Shown piece by piece: positions 30,695 through 39,229 of a stretch of DNA of 64,000 bases. Location of the stretch: positions 32,001-96,000 of the forward strand of contig OZ220089.1 of assembly GCA_964291625.2 (NCBI GenBank), in the 5' to 3' direction. The notes under the pieces were generated by a model. That model had not been told where the DNA came from and made no database searches. It saw nothing but the letters and a program-made list of their open reading frames with translations. A program made the position numbers and the translations under genes. Position 1 is the stretch's first letter, and every line of letters starts with the position of its first letter. This DNA is from Candidatus Latescibacterota bacterium. GTDB taxonomy: Bacteria; Latescibacterota; UBA2968; UBA8231.

Positions 30695-31648
30695 CTACCT
30701 GGCCAGGACCACGCGGTGCGTTCGGGTGAACCCGCCGGCGGTCATCCGGTAGATGTAGACGCCGCTGCCCACGGGGGAACCGCCGTCGTCGAAGGCGTCC
30801 CAGGTGGCGGCATACTCCCCGGCGGCGTGGAACCCGCTCACCAGGGTCCGCACCTTCTGGCCCAGACTGTTGTAGACGGCCAGCTCGACGCCGCCGGCGT
30901 CCGGCACGGTGAAGTGGATGGTGGTGGCGGGGTTGAAGGGGTTGGGATAGGCCAGTCCGAGACTCCAGGCGGCGGGCACCTCCGACAGCCTCTCCACGGC
31001 CGTCGGCGCCTCGGGGGGGCCGCTGGTGAAGACGATGTCGTCGAAGTCGACGAGGACGTCCGTCGCCTCGCCGCCCTCGACGCCGGAGATGACGATGACG
31101 ACCTCGTCCACGGGGCCGTCGAAGGTGCCGTCGCCGCCGGTCTGCAGGTCGGTCAGGGATCCCAGGGGCGCGCTGACCTGCCGCCAGGTGTCGTCCGCGT
31201 CGGACTGCTCGAAGGAGAGGATGTGCTGGAAGGAGTCGTCCTCCCCCTCCTCGTAGCCCTCGCCGTCGGTGTCCTCGCGGACGGTGATCTCCACGGAAAA
31301 GCGGTCGACGGTGGTGCCGGTCTGGACCAGCACCCACAGGCTCAGCCAGGGATCGTCGGGCAGGGCGAGCTGCCCGTCCTCGGGGAGGTTGCGGAAGAAC
31401 CCGCCGTAGAACACGCTCTCGCTGCCGGCGCCGCCCCAGCCCGTGTCCAGGTACCAGGAGCCCTGCGCCGGCCGGTCGCTGGCCGGGCCGCCGCCGCCGC
31501 CGGCGGCGTTGCCGCCGAAGAAGATCCAGTCCGAGACATCGCCGTCCTCGAAGTCGTCGAAGGTCACCTGCCCCTGGGCGACTCCGGTCCCGAAAAGCAG
31601 CAGCGCGACGGTCAGCGCTCCTGAGCTGGCCAGCACGGAACTTCTCAT
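30695..31648 (-). CDS. secreted CBM-like protein with FlgD-Ig/T9SS-like C-terminal domain
   Basis: Signal peptide; FDDFEDGD...FDDIVF jelly-roll; AYPNPFNPATTIHF...GVYIYRM. Confidence 0.8.
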   Translation of the reverse strand: MRSSVLASSGALTVALLLFGTGVAQGQVTFDDFEDGDVSDWIFFGGNAAGGGGGPASDRPAQGSWYLDTGWGGAGSESVFYGGFFRNLPEDGQLALPDDPWLSLWVLVQTGTTVDRFSVEITVREDTDGEGYEEGEDDSFQHILSFEQSDADDTWRQVSAPLGSLTDLQTGGDGTFDGPVDEVVIVISGVEGGEATDVLVDFDDIVFTSGPPEAPTAVERLSEVPAAWSLGLAYPNPFNPATTIHFTVPDAGGVELAVYNSLGQKVRTLVSGFHAAGEYAATWDAFDDGGSPVGSGVYIYRMTAGGFTRTHRVVLAR

Positions 31649-31695
31649 GTTCGGTCTCCTGACTTCGGTCGATGGTGGGAACCGGTGTGGTTGAA

Positions 31696-31711
31696 TGCAA
31701 TTCCCGGGCCA
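31696..31711 (-). promoter_or_regulatory. sigma54 promoter of the glucan cluster
   Basis: Minus strand TGGCCCGGGAATTGCA; IHF-like AAGCAAGGAGTTG at 31741-31753. Confidence 0.8.
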
Positions 31712-31886
31712 CGAGCCGTGGAAACCACCGGGACAGACCGCAACTCCTTGCTTCTCAAGGAGATAGACCGCACGGTCCGAAGCCTGGGACGACGGTCGGC
31801 TCGTGAAGCCAAGGGAGCGACATGTCACCCCGGTGGCCTCGACCCGGAGCGTATCATGCTGATTGCCTTGGGCTTACGGTAGAAAT

Positions 31887-31919
31887 GAGCGATATATCGC
31901 TCGGCGCGAAATATCGCTC
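31887..31919. promoter_or_regulatory. tandem palindromic enhancer sites for the adjacent bEBP
   Basis: GAGCGATATATCGCTC (perfect palindrome) and GCGCGAAATATCGCTC. Confidence 0.7.
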
Positions 31920-31921
31920 CC

Positions 31922-34900
31922 TCAGCGGGGCCGCTCCAGGCCCAGCTTCTTCATGCGGCTGCGCAGGGTGGAGGGAGGCAGGCCGAGGGCCTCGGCCGCC
32001 CCGCCCTCGCCGCGTACGTGCCAGTTCCGGGACTCCAGGACCCGCCGGATGTAGCGCCGCTCGAACTCCTCCAGGGGCAGGATCTCCAGGTCCCCGGACG
32101 GCTGCGGCGCCGCCTTCAGCCCCAGGTCGCCGACCGTGATCCGGGGACCGCGGCAGGCGATGACGGCGCGCTGCAGGGTGTGCTCCAGCTCGCGCACGTT
32201 GCCCGGCCAGGGCTGGGCCTGCAGCACCGCCAGGACCTCCGGCGCCAGGGGGCCGATGCGCTTGTCCAGGTGGGAGGCCATGCGCTCCATGAACAGCTCC
32301 GCCAAGGCCGGGATGTCCTCCTTGCGGTCGCGCAGCGGCGGCAGGCGGATGGGCAGCACCCGCAGGCGGTAGTAGAGGTCCTCGCGGAACTCGCCGTCGC
32401 GGACCATCTGCTCCAGGTCGCGGTTGGTGGCCGCCACCACCCGGGCGTCCGACCCCAGGGTCCGGCTGCCGCCCAGGCGCTCGAAGGTGCCGTCCTCCAG
32501 GAACCGCAGCAGCTTCACCTGCGCCTCCAGGGGCATGTCGCCGATCTCGTCGAGGAAGAGGGTGCCCCCCGCCGCCAGCTCCACCTTGCCGAGCTTGCGG
32601 GCCAGGGCGGTGGTGAAGGAGCCCTTCTCGTGGCCGAAGAGCTCGCTGTCCACCAGGGTGGCGGGCAGGGCCCCGCAGTTGACGTGGATCAGGGGGCCGT
32701 CGCGGCGGCCGCCGAGGGCGTGCAGGGCCCGGGCCGCCAGGCCCTTGCCCACCCCCGTCTCGCCGAGGATGAGCACGGTGAGGTCGGCCTCGGCCGCCTC
32801 CATGAGCCGCGTCTGCACCCGCTGCAGGGCGGCGCTGCGGCCGGTGAACTCGACGCCGGCGGCGTCGCCGCCGAGGGCCGCCGTCAGAGCGGCGATGCGC
32901 GGGTCGGGCTCGACCGAGACCGGGACCTGGGCGACGGCCGAGTAGTTCAGGTCGCGGTCGACGGCGCGCACCTGGAAGGTGTACTCCCCCTTCGGCAGGT
33001 CCCGGTAGTAGGCCCGCATGCGCCGCGTCGCCGGCCGCCACTCCGGGTCGTGCCCCTCGAGGCGGACCACGTAGAGCATGTCCCGGGGATGGGTGGAGAA
33101 GCTCACCCCCTTGTACTCGAACATCACCGGCCGCCCCGCGGACAGGACCACCGCCGCCGGGGACTCGAAGACCTGGTCGGCCACGACCTGCACCAGGCGC
33201 ACCCGGGGCGGGTTCCGGCGCGGCCGGTAGCGGACCAGGGTGCCGAGGGCGGTGGCGAACCAGAAGGTGCCCTCGCGGTCCTCGAGGATCTGCAGGACCG
33301 GCCCCATCTGGGGCAGCTTGATCGTCTGGAACAGCCGGCCGTCGTGGTGGACGACGCCGCCGTCGGTGCCCAGCCAGAGATGGCCGCGGCCATCCTCGAA
33401 GAGGCAGCGGATGCGGTTGCTCGGCAGGCCGTCGTCGGTGGTGTAGTTGCGGAACCGGGTGCCGTCGAAGCGGCCCAGGCCGTTCTGGGTGGCGATCCAC
33501 AGGTGGCCGGAGCGGTCCTCGAGCAGGTCCACCACGCGGTTGTCGGGCAGTCCGTCTCCTGTGGTGTAGAGGGTGGCGCCGCGCTCCGGGTGCCAGCGGC
33601 CGATCCCCTTGCCCCGGCCGAAGGGGTTGTGCGTCCCCAGTGCGTACCACAGCTCGCCGTCGCGGGTGGCCACGAGGGCGCCGATGTGGTTGAAGGGGTC
33701 CTCCTTGGCCTCCTCCCGGAAGACGGTGACGAAGCGCTCTCCCTGGCGCCGCACGATCTGCAGCGGGCTGGCGAAGAGCTCCTCCCGCCGCGCCGTGGTC
33801 CCGTTCTCCCACTGGCCCACCAGCAGGCGGCCGTCCCGGTCCTGGGCGACGGCGCTGACGCCGGCCTCGGCGAAGCCGGCCTCGGCCCCGATGCGCTCGA
33901 AGCGGGCGCCGTCGTAGCGGAAGAGACCGTTGCCGCCGCCGAGCCACAGGTCGCCGCCGTCGTCCTCGTAGATGGCGAAGCAGCTGTTGAGGTCGAGCCC
34001 CTGGCCGGCGCCCACGAACTCGTAGCCGCTGCCGTCGAAGCGGGCGACGCTGCGCGCCGTCAGGCTGAGGAAGGGCGAGGAGAAGCCGATCCAGATGCGG
34101 CCCGTGCGGTCCTGCACCATCCGCGAGATCTCCGCCTCGCCCTCGGGATACTCCTCGGCGCGCTCGAAGAGCCCGACGCCGAAGGCGTCGTAGAGGGCGA
34201 CGCCGCCGCCCCAGGTGGCGAACCAGTGCTGCCGGTCCGGGTCCTGGTAGACGGCGTTGACCACCGGGTAGGGCAGCCCGTCTTCGGTGGTGACCCGGTC
34301 GAAGCCTTCGCCGGTCTGGTAGAGGGCGCCGCCGGAGGTGCACAGCCACAGGCGGCCGTCGCGGTCGGTCTGGATCTTGCGCAGGTTGCCCGGCAGGTCC
34401 ACGGCCACCGGGTCGAAGGAGGCGCCGTCCCACCTCCAGATCCGTCCTCGGTCCCCGGCGCGGCCGATCCACAGGCAGCCGGAGGGATCCTGCCCGACGG
34501 CGTAGCAGCTGGCGTCGGGGGGCAGGCCCTCCCGCTCCCCGTAGCGGCAGAAGCTCCGGCCGTCGTAGCGGACCAGGCGGTCGAAGGCGAACCAGAGGTC
34601 GCCACCGGCGTCCTGGGCGATCCCCCAGCACTGGTTGGTCCAGCGCGGCGAGGGAGGCTCTCCGTAGCGCTCCGCGTAGCGCGGGACCAGGTCGTGGAAC
34701 TCGTCGCCCTCGAAGTACCCCAGGGTCCCGGTGCCGGCGCACCAGAGGCGCGCCCGGCTGTCCTCGAAGAGGAACTGCACCTGCCGGCCGGCCATGCCCT
34801 CGCCGCCGGGCTGGTGGAACCGGCGGCCGTCGTACCAGCAGACGCCGCTGAGGGTGGCGAACCACAGCCGGTCGCGGCCGTCGCGGAGGATGGAGAAGAC

Positions 34901-35122
34901 GCGGTCGCCGCACAGGCCGTCGCCGCGGCCGTAGCTCTGGAACTGGTCGCCGTCGAAGCGGCTGACGCCGTTGTCCCAGGTGGCGAACCACAGGTCGCCC
35001 CGGCCGTCCTCGGCGATGTGCTCGGTGCGCACACCGGCGAGGCCGTCGGCCAGACCGAAGGTGCGCCACGAGCCTCGGCGGTCCAGCGAGCCGGTGGAAA
35101 TGACCGAAGCTTCCTTCGCCAT
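31922..35122 (-). CDS. sigma54 enhancer-binding protein with Reg_prop beta-propeller + Y_Y_Y sensor
   Basis: Many EDxxGxLWxxT repeats; YYRDLPKGEYTFQVRA; GETGVGK, ELFGHEKGSFTTA, FLDEIG, WPGNVREL, C-terminal HTH. Confidence 0.92.
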   Translation of the reverse strand: MAKEASVISTGSLDRRGSWRTFGLADGLAGVRTEHIAEDGRGDLWFATWDNGVSRFDGDQFQSYGRGDGLCGDRVFSILRDGRDRLWFATLSGVCWYDGRRFHQPGGEGMAGRQVQFLFEDSRARLWCAGTGTLGYFEGDEFHDLVPRYAERYGEPPSPRWTNQCWGIAQDAGGDLWFAFDRLVRYDGRSFCRYGEREGLPPDASCYAVGQDPSGCLWIGRAGDRGRIWRWDGASFDPVAVDLPGNLRKIQTDRDGRLWLCTSGGALYQTGEGFDRVTTEDGLPYPVVNAVYQDPDRQHWFATWGGGVALYDAFGVGLFERAEEYPEGEAEISRMVQDRTGRIWIGFSSPFLSLTARSVARFDGSGYEFVGAGQGLDLNSCFAIYEDDGGDLWLGGGNGLFRYDGARFERIGAEAGFAEAGVSAVAQDRDGRLLVGQWENGTTARREELFASPLQIVRRQGERFVTVFREEAKEDPFNHIGALVATRDGELWYALGTHNPFGRGKGIGRWHPERGATLYTTGDGLPDNRVVDLLEDRSGHLWIATQNGLGRFDGTRFRNYTTDDGLPSNRIRCLFEDGRGHLWLGTDGGVVHHDGRLFQTIKLPQMGPVLQILEDREGTFWFATALGTLVRYRPRRNPPRVRLVQVVADQVFESPAAVVLSAGRPVMFEYKGVSFSTHPRDMLYVVRLEGHDPEWRPATRRMRAYYRDLPKGEYTFQVRAVDRDLNYSAVAQVPVSVEPDPRIAALTAALGGDAAGVEFTGRSAALQRVQTRLMEAAEADLTVLILGETGVGKGLAARALHALGGRRDGPLIHVNCGALPATLVDSELFGHEKGSFTTALARKLGKVELAAGGTLFLDEIGDMPLEAQVKLLRFLEDGTFERLGGSRTLGSDARVVAATNRDLEQMVRDGEFREDLYYRLRVLPIRLPPLRDRKEDIPALAELFMERMASHLDKRIGPLAPEVLAVLQAQPWPGNVRELEHTLQRAVIACRGPRITVGDLGLKAAPQPSGDLEILPLEEFERRYIRRVLESRNWHVRGEGGAAEALGLPPSTLRSRMKKLGLERPR

Positions 35123-35175
35123 TGGGCAGGCGGTCCGGGCGGGTTATCGTTGGCGCGGTCAAGGTAGCCTGACCC

Positions 35176-36819
35176 GTGCCCCCCCGCTACATCGCCCGCC
35201 GAGGATGGGCCCGCCGGCTGGCCGCCGCCGGCCAACGCCTCGGAGACGCTCTCGACCCGCCCGGCACCGAGTACCGGCTGACGCGCTGGCTCTTCCTGCG
35301 CCTCCTCGGGCTGGTCTACGCCGTGGCCTTCCTGGTCTCGGCGCGGCAGGCCGCCCCCCTGATCGGCGACGGCGGCCTGCTGCCGGCGCACCTCTACCTC
35401 GACCGGGCCGCGGCTTCCGCCCCGGCGCCGTGGCTGGAGGTGCCGTCGCTGCTGTGGATCAGCACGAGCGACGGCTTCCTCGCCGGCCTCGCCTGGCTCG
35501 GCTTCGCCGGCTCGCTGCTGCTTGTGGCCGGGTACGCCTCGGCCCCGCACCTGCTGATCCTGTGGGTCCTCTACTCCTCCTTCGTCAACGCCGGCCAGTT
35601 GTTCTACGGGTACGGCTGGGAGATCCTCACCCTCGAGACCGGCTTCCTGGCCGTCTTCCTGTGCCCCTTCGGCCGCGGCGGCTGGCGCCACGCCGTGGCC
35701 CCGGACCGCGCCGTGATCTGGCTGCTGCGCTGGCTGCTCTTCCGCGTGATCTTCGGGGCCGGGCTCATCAAGCTCCGCGGCGATCCGTGCTGGCTCGACC
35801 TGACCTGCCTGCTCCATCACTTCGAGACCCAGCCGATCCCCAACCCCCTGAGCCCGTACCTGCACCAGCTGCCCGGCCTCGTGCACCGCGCCGGCGTGCT
35901 CCACAACCACCTGCTGGAGGTCGCGGTTCCCCTGCTCCTCTTCGGCACCGTGCGCCTGCGCCGGCTCGCCGGCCTGCTGATCGTCGCCTTCCAGGTGGTG
36001 CTCATCGCCAGCGGCAACCTCTCCTGGCTCAACTACCTGACCATCGCCCTGTGCCTGCCCTGCTTCGACGACGCCTGGCTCCGGCGCCTCGCGCCCCGGC
36101 CCCTGAAGGCCCTGCTCGCCAGGGAAGGGGAAGCCGCCCGGGCGCCAGGCCGGGGACGCCGCCTCGCCGTGGGCGCCCTGACGGTGGGGGTGGTCCTGCT
36201 GAGCGCCGCGCCCGCGGCCAACATGCTCTCCTCCCGCCAGGTGATGAACACCTCCTACGACCGGCTGAACCTGGTCAACACCTACGGCGCCTTCGGCCAC
36301 GTGGGGAAGGTGCGCCGCGAGGTCGTCCTGCTGGGCACCCTCGACGAGCCCGGTCCGGGCGGGGCCGTGTGGCGTGAGTACGCCTTCCACTGCAAGCCCG
36401 GCGACCCCTCCCGCCGGCCCTGCGTGGTCTCGCCCTACCACCACCGCCTCGACTGGCAGATCTGGTTCGCCGCCATGGCCGACTACCGGAGCCAGCCGTG
36501 GCTGGTCCACCTCGTCTACAAGCTGCTCCACGCCGACCCCGGGGCCCTCTCCCTGCTCGCGGAAGACCCCTTCGACGGGCGGCCGCCGCGCCGGGTCCGC
36601 GCCGATCTCTACGAGTACGAGTTCGCGCCCCCGGGAGAGTCCGGCTGGTGGCGGCGCCGCCGGCTGGGCGAGTATCTTCCCGCCCTCTCCGCCGGCGATC
36701 CGGCCCTGCGCCGCGTCGTCGAGGGATTCGGCTGGCCCCTGCTTCCCGTGCCTCGCCAGCCGCCGACCGCGCTGACCCCGGAGGCCGCCGGCTGTCCCTG
36801 CGGCGCCGGCTCCGGCTGA
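35176..36819 (+). CDS. lipase maturation factor (LMF1) family membrane protein
   Basis: LFLRLLGLVY, FGAGLIKLRGDPCW, HFETQPIPNP, GNLSWLN, NTYGAFG, PYHHRLDWQIWF. Confidence 0.92.
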   Translation: MPPRYIARRGWARRLAAAGQRLGDALDPPGTEYRLTRWLFLRLLGLVYAVAFLVSARQAAPLIGDGGLLPAHLYLDRAAASAPAPWLEVPSLLWISTSDGFLAGLAWLGFAGSLLLVAGYASAPHLLILWVLYSSFVNAGQLFYGYGWEILTLETGFLAVFLCPFGRGGWRHAVAPDRAVIWLLRWLLFRVIFGAGLIKLRGDPCWLDLTCLLHHFETQPIPNPLSPYLHQLPGLVHRAGVLHNHLLEVAVPLLLFGTVRLRRLAGLLIVAFQVVLIASGNLSWLNYLTIALCLPCFDDAWLRRLAPRPLKALLAREGEAARAPGRGRRLAVGALTVGVVLLSAAPAANMLSSRQVMNTSYDRLNLVNTYGAFGHVGKVRREVVLLGTLDEPGPGGAVWREYAFHCKPGDPSRRPCVVSPYHHRLDWQIWFAAMADYRSQPWLVHLVYKLLHADPGALSLLAEDPFDGRPPRRVRADLYEYEFAPPGESGWWRRRRLGEYLPALSAGDPALRRVVEGFGWPLLPVPRQPPTALTPEAAGCPCGAGSG

Positions 36820-36858
36820 GGGGGCCTGCCCATCACCGCTTTCCGGAGCCCACCCGAC

Positions 36859-37722
36859 ATGCAACTGACCGAGCAACAGACGCGGTTCTTCGACGCCTTC
36901 GGATACCTGGTCGTTCGCCAACTGCTCGACCCAAAGGAGGTCGAGCTCGTCATCGAGGGCTTCGAGTGGTCGATCCGCAACTGGGGCGGCGGGCAGAACC
37001 ACGACGGCACCAGGCGCACCATGTTCGGCGGTCCCATCGAGCATGCGCCGGAGATGTGCGCCCTCCTCGACCACCCGGGCGTGGTCGGGCTCATCGGCGG
37101 CGTGATCGGCGGCGACTTCAGCTACTGCGGCGGCGACGGCAACTACTACGTGGGCGACACCCACTGGCATCCCGACGGCAACTGGGGCCGCCTGTGGGCC
37201 ACCAAGACCGCCTTCTACCTCGACGAGGTGGACGCCGGCAGCGGCTGCCTGCGGGTGATCCCGGGCAGCCACCGCCCCGACCACTACCTGCGCGCCGAGG
37301 GCGTCAACCCAAGGGAGTCGGAGGCCCTCTTCGGCGTGCCGCCGAGCGAGTTCCCGGGCAGCGTGGCCCTGGAGTCGAGCCCGGGCGACGTGGTGATCTT
37401 CAACCACGACCTCTACCACGCCTCCTTCGGCGGCGGCCGGCAACGGCGCATGTTCACCATGAACTGCACCCGCCATGCCGCGACGCCGGAGGAGCACGAG
37501 CTGGCCCGCCAGTACATCTCCGTCCACTCCCCGGGCGGGTACGGCGTCGACACGGGCGCCGGCATGTTCTTCCCCACCATGCTCGACACCGCCGACGAGG
37601 GGCGCATGGAGCACCTGCGCCAGCCCGTGGAGATCCACGACGAGCTCTTCCCGCAGTTCGCCCGCGGCGCCGGCGGGCGGGAGCCGCACAAGGGGGTGAT
37701 GAGGCAATACAGGAAGGGATGA
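36859..37722 (+). CDS. phytanoyl-CoA dioxygenase (PhyH) family
   Basis: FFDAFGYL, WHPD, GCLRVIPGSH, GDVVIF..H. Confidence 0.88.
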   Translation: MQLTEQQTRFFDAFGYLVVRQLLDPKEVELVIEGFEWSIRNWGGGQNHDGTRRTMFGGPIEHAPEMCALLDHPGVVGLIGGVIGGDFSYCGGDGNYYVGDTHWHPDGNWGRLWATKTAFYLDEVDAGSGCLRVIPGSHRPDHYLRAEGVNPRESEALFGVPPSEFPGSVALESSPGDVVIFNHDLYHASFGGGRQRRMFTMNCTRHAATPEEHELARQYISVHSPGGYGVDTGAGMFFPTMLDTADEGRMEHLRQPVEIHDELFPQFARGAGGREPHKGVMRQYRKG

Positions 37723-37733
37723 GGAGGGCTTGT

Positions 37734-38513
37734 ATGGGCTCCTGTTACGACGCCGTGGCCCCTCTTGCGGTGGCTACGCTGACCATGTCACCGTGGACGG
37801 TCCCCACACATGCGGACGCCGCGAGTGACCCGGGCGTGATCCTGAAGTCCCTTGCCGCGGACCGGGAACGGTTGCCGGTGCCCCTCGAGGAGAAGGGGCG
37901 ACGCCAACGCCTGGACTTCGAGCGGATTCGGAGGGTGACCCTGCAGGAGTCGCCTCTCAAGTCCGGTGAGGCGGATGGCAACCGAGGGAGCATGAACGGT
38001 ACCGTCCGCGCGGCGTCTTCGGCGGAAACCGGAGGAAGGGAGGAAAGGCGTGGACGGATCACCAGAAAGCTCGGCGCCGGTCTCTGGGGAGGCTTGGGAG
38101 GGGGCCTTTTCGGGACAATTGGGGGGGCTGGACTGCTTGGATTGGGAGGTGGAGGCACAGACGGAATTGGCGCACCGGCAGTTGTCGGCCTGGGCGGCCT
38201 GCTGGGGTTCGCTGCTGGAGCCGCAGTCGGTGTGAGCCGCGTCGACCCTGTCGATCAGCTCGCCGGCTCCTTGATGGGCAGTGTGCTGGGGTTCGGGGCG
38301 GGCATCGGCCTGACTTGGGTTGCCGACCGTCCCAGCCTCCTCTACCTGGTCCCCGTCACCTCGCTCGCAGGGGCCGTGGGGCTCTCGGAGCACTCCCGCC
38401 ACCGTGGACGTGTATCGAGGCCCGATCAAGGTCGGCACTTGGCTGGACCGCTGGGCACGGGGCGTCTGGGCCGTTGGCCCTCAGCCCCTGCCCAGCATGG
38501 TGGTGGATGGTAG
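37734..38513 (+). CDS. hypothetical glycine-zipper membrane protein
   Basis: GAGGAGG RBS; Gly-rich helices; GAAVGVSRVDP shared with fragment at 44961; lower GC. Confidence 0.5.
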   Translation: MGSCYDAVAPLAVATLTMSPWTVPTHADAASDPGVILKSLAADRERLPVPLEEKGRRQRLDFERIRRVTLQESPLKSGEADGNRGSMNGTVRAASSAETGGREERRGRITRKLGAGLWGGLGGGLFGTIGGAGLLGLGGGGTDGIGAPAVVGLGGLLGFAAGAAVGVSRVDPVDQLAGSLMGSVLGFGAGIGLTWVADRPSLLYLVPVTSLAGAVGLSEHSRHRGRVSRPDQGRHLAGPLGTGRLGRWPSAPAQHGGGW

Positions 38514-39160
38514 ACTTGGGAGCCGGCGTTACCGCTTGCCGCGCCAGCGCCGGCCGCCGCCGTAGAAGGCGTCGTCCTCATCGTTTCGAGCTTCTCGCGC
38601 TGACCGTCGGTCAGGACGCCCTCCAGGGCCTTTCGGTGGTTCGTGCGCGTTTCTCCCATCTCCGTGCGGTGCTCGGTGCGCAGTTCCTCGAGCCGTTCCT
38701 TCTGCTCGTCGGTCAGATCCAGCCTGGAAAACGGATCCCTGACACCTTGCCGGGCGTCGTGCCAGCCCCTGCCCGGGCGGCCCATGTCGCCGCGCCAACC
38801 CCTGCCGCCGCGCCGCATGTCCCCCCGGTCCCAGCCCCTGCCTCCGCGCCGGTCGAAGAACCGGCCGCGCATCTCCTTCAGAGTCTCCTGCTGTTCGTCG
38901 GTCAGGACTCCCATCACGGCTTCGCGCTGCTTCCTGGCCATGGCGGCCATCGTCTCGCGGTGCTCGCGCCGGGCCTCGCGGTGCTCCTCGCGCAGCGCCT
39001 GCAGCTGCTCCCTCTGCTCGTCGGTCAGGTCCAGACGCCCCAGGAACGGCATGCCCTGCCGGTGCTCGCGCATCTTCTCTCCGCGCTCGGCCACGGCCAC
39101 GGTGGCCGCTGCGCCGAGGGCCAGCGCCACGCCGGCCGTGATGATCCATCTCTTCCTCAT
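38426..39160 (-). CDS. Spy/CpxP-like LTxxQ periplasmic protein (probable 3' frameshift, natural stop 38529)
   Basis: Signal peptide; LDLTDEQ, VLTDEQ, LDLTDEQ, VLTDGQ motifs. Confidence 0.75.
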   Translation of the reverse strand: MRKRWIITAGVALALGAAATVAVAERGEKMREHRQGMPFLGRLDLTDEQREQLQALREEHREARREHRETMAAMARKQREAVMGVLTDEQQETLKEMRGRFFDRRGGRGWDRGDMRRGGRGWRGDMGRPGRGWHDARQGVRDPFSRLDLTDEQKERLEELRTEHRTEMGETRTNHRKALEGVLTDGQREKLETMRTTPSTAAAGAGAASGNAGSQVYHPPPCWAGAEGQRPRRPVPSGPAKCRP

Positions 39161-39229
39161 CTGCTGCTCTCCCGCGTTGGGTGGTGATGGGCTCTCTGTC
39201 TCGCCCGTTAGACCACTCCATCGATCGTT

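Noticed and set aside
27655-35167. Very long antisense ORFs (1024 aa, 1049 aa and many similar ones)
   Set aside because: Shadow frames of high-GC3 genes with no motifs of their own.
35176-36819. LMF1 gene as a eukaryote-to-bacterium transfer
   Set aside because: Bacterial LMF1-family members are well known and the codon usage matches the host.
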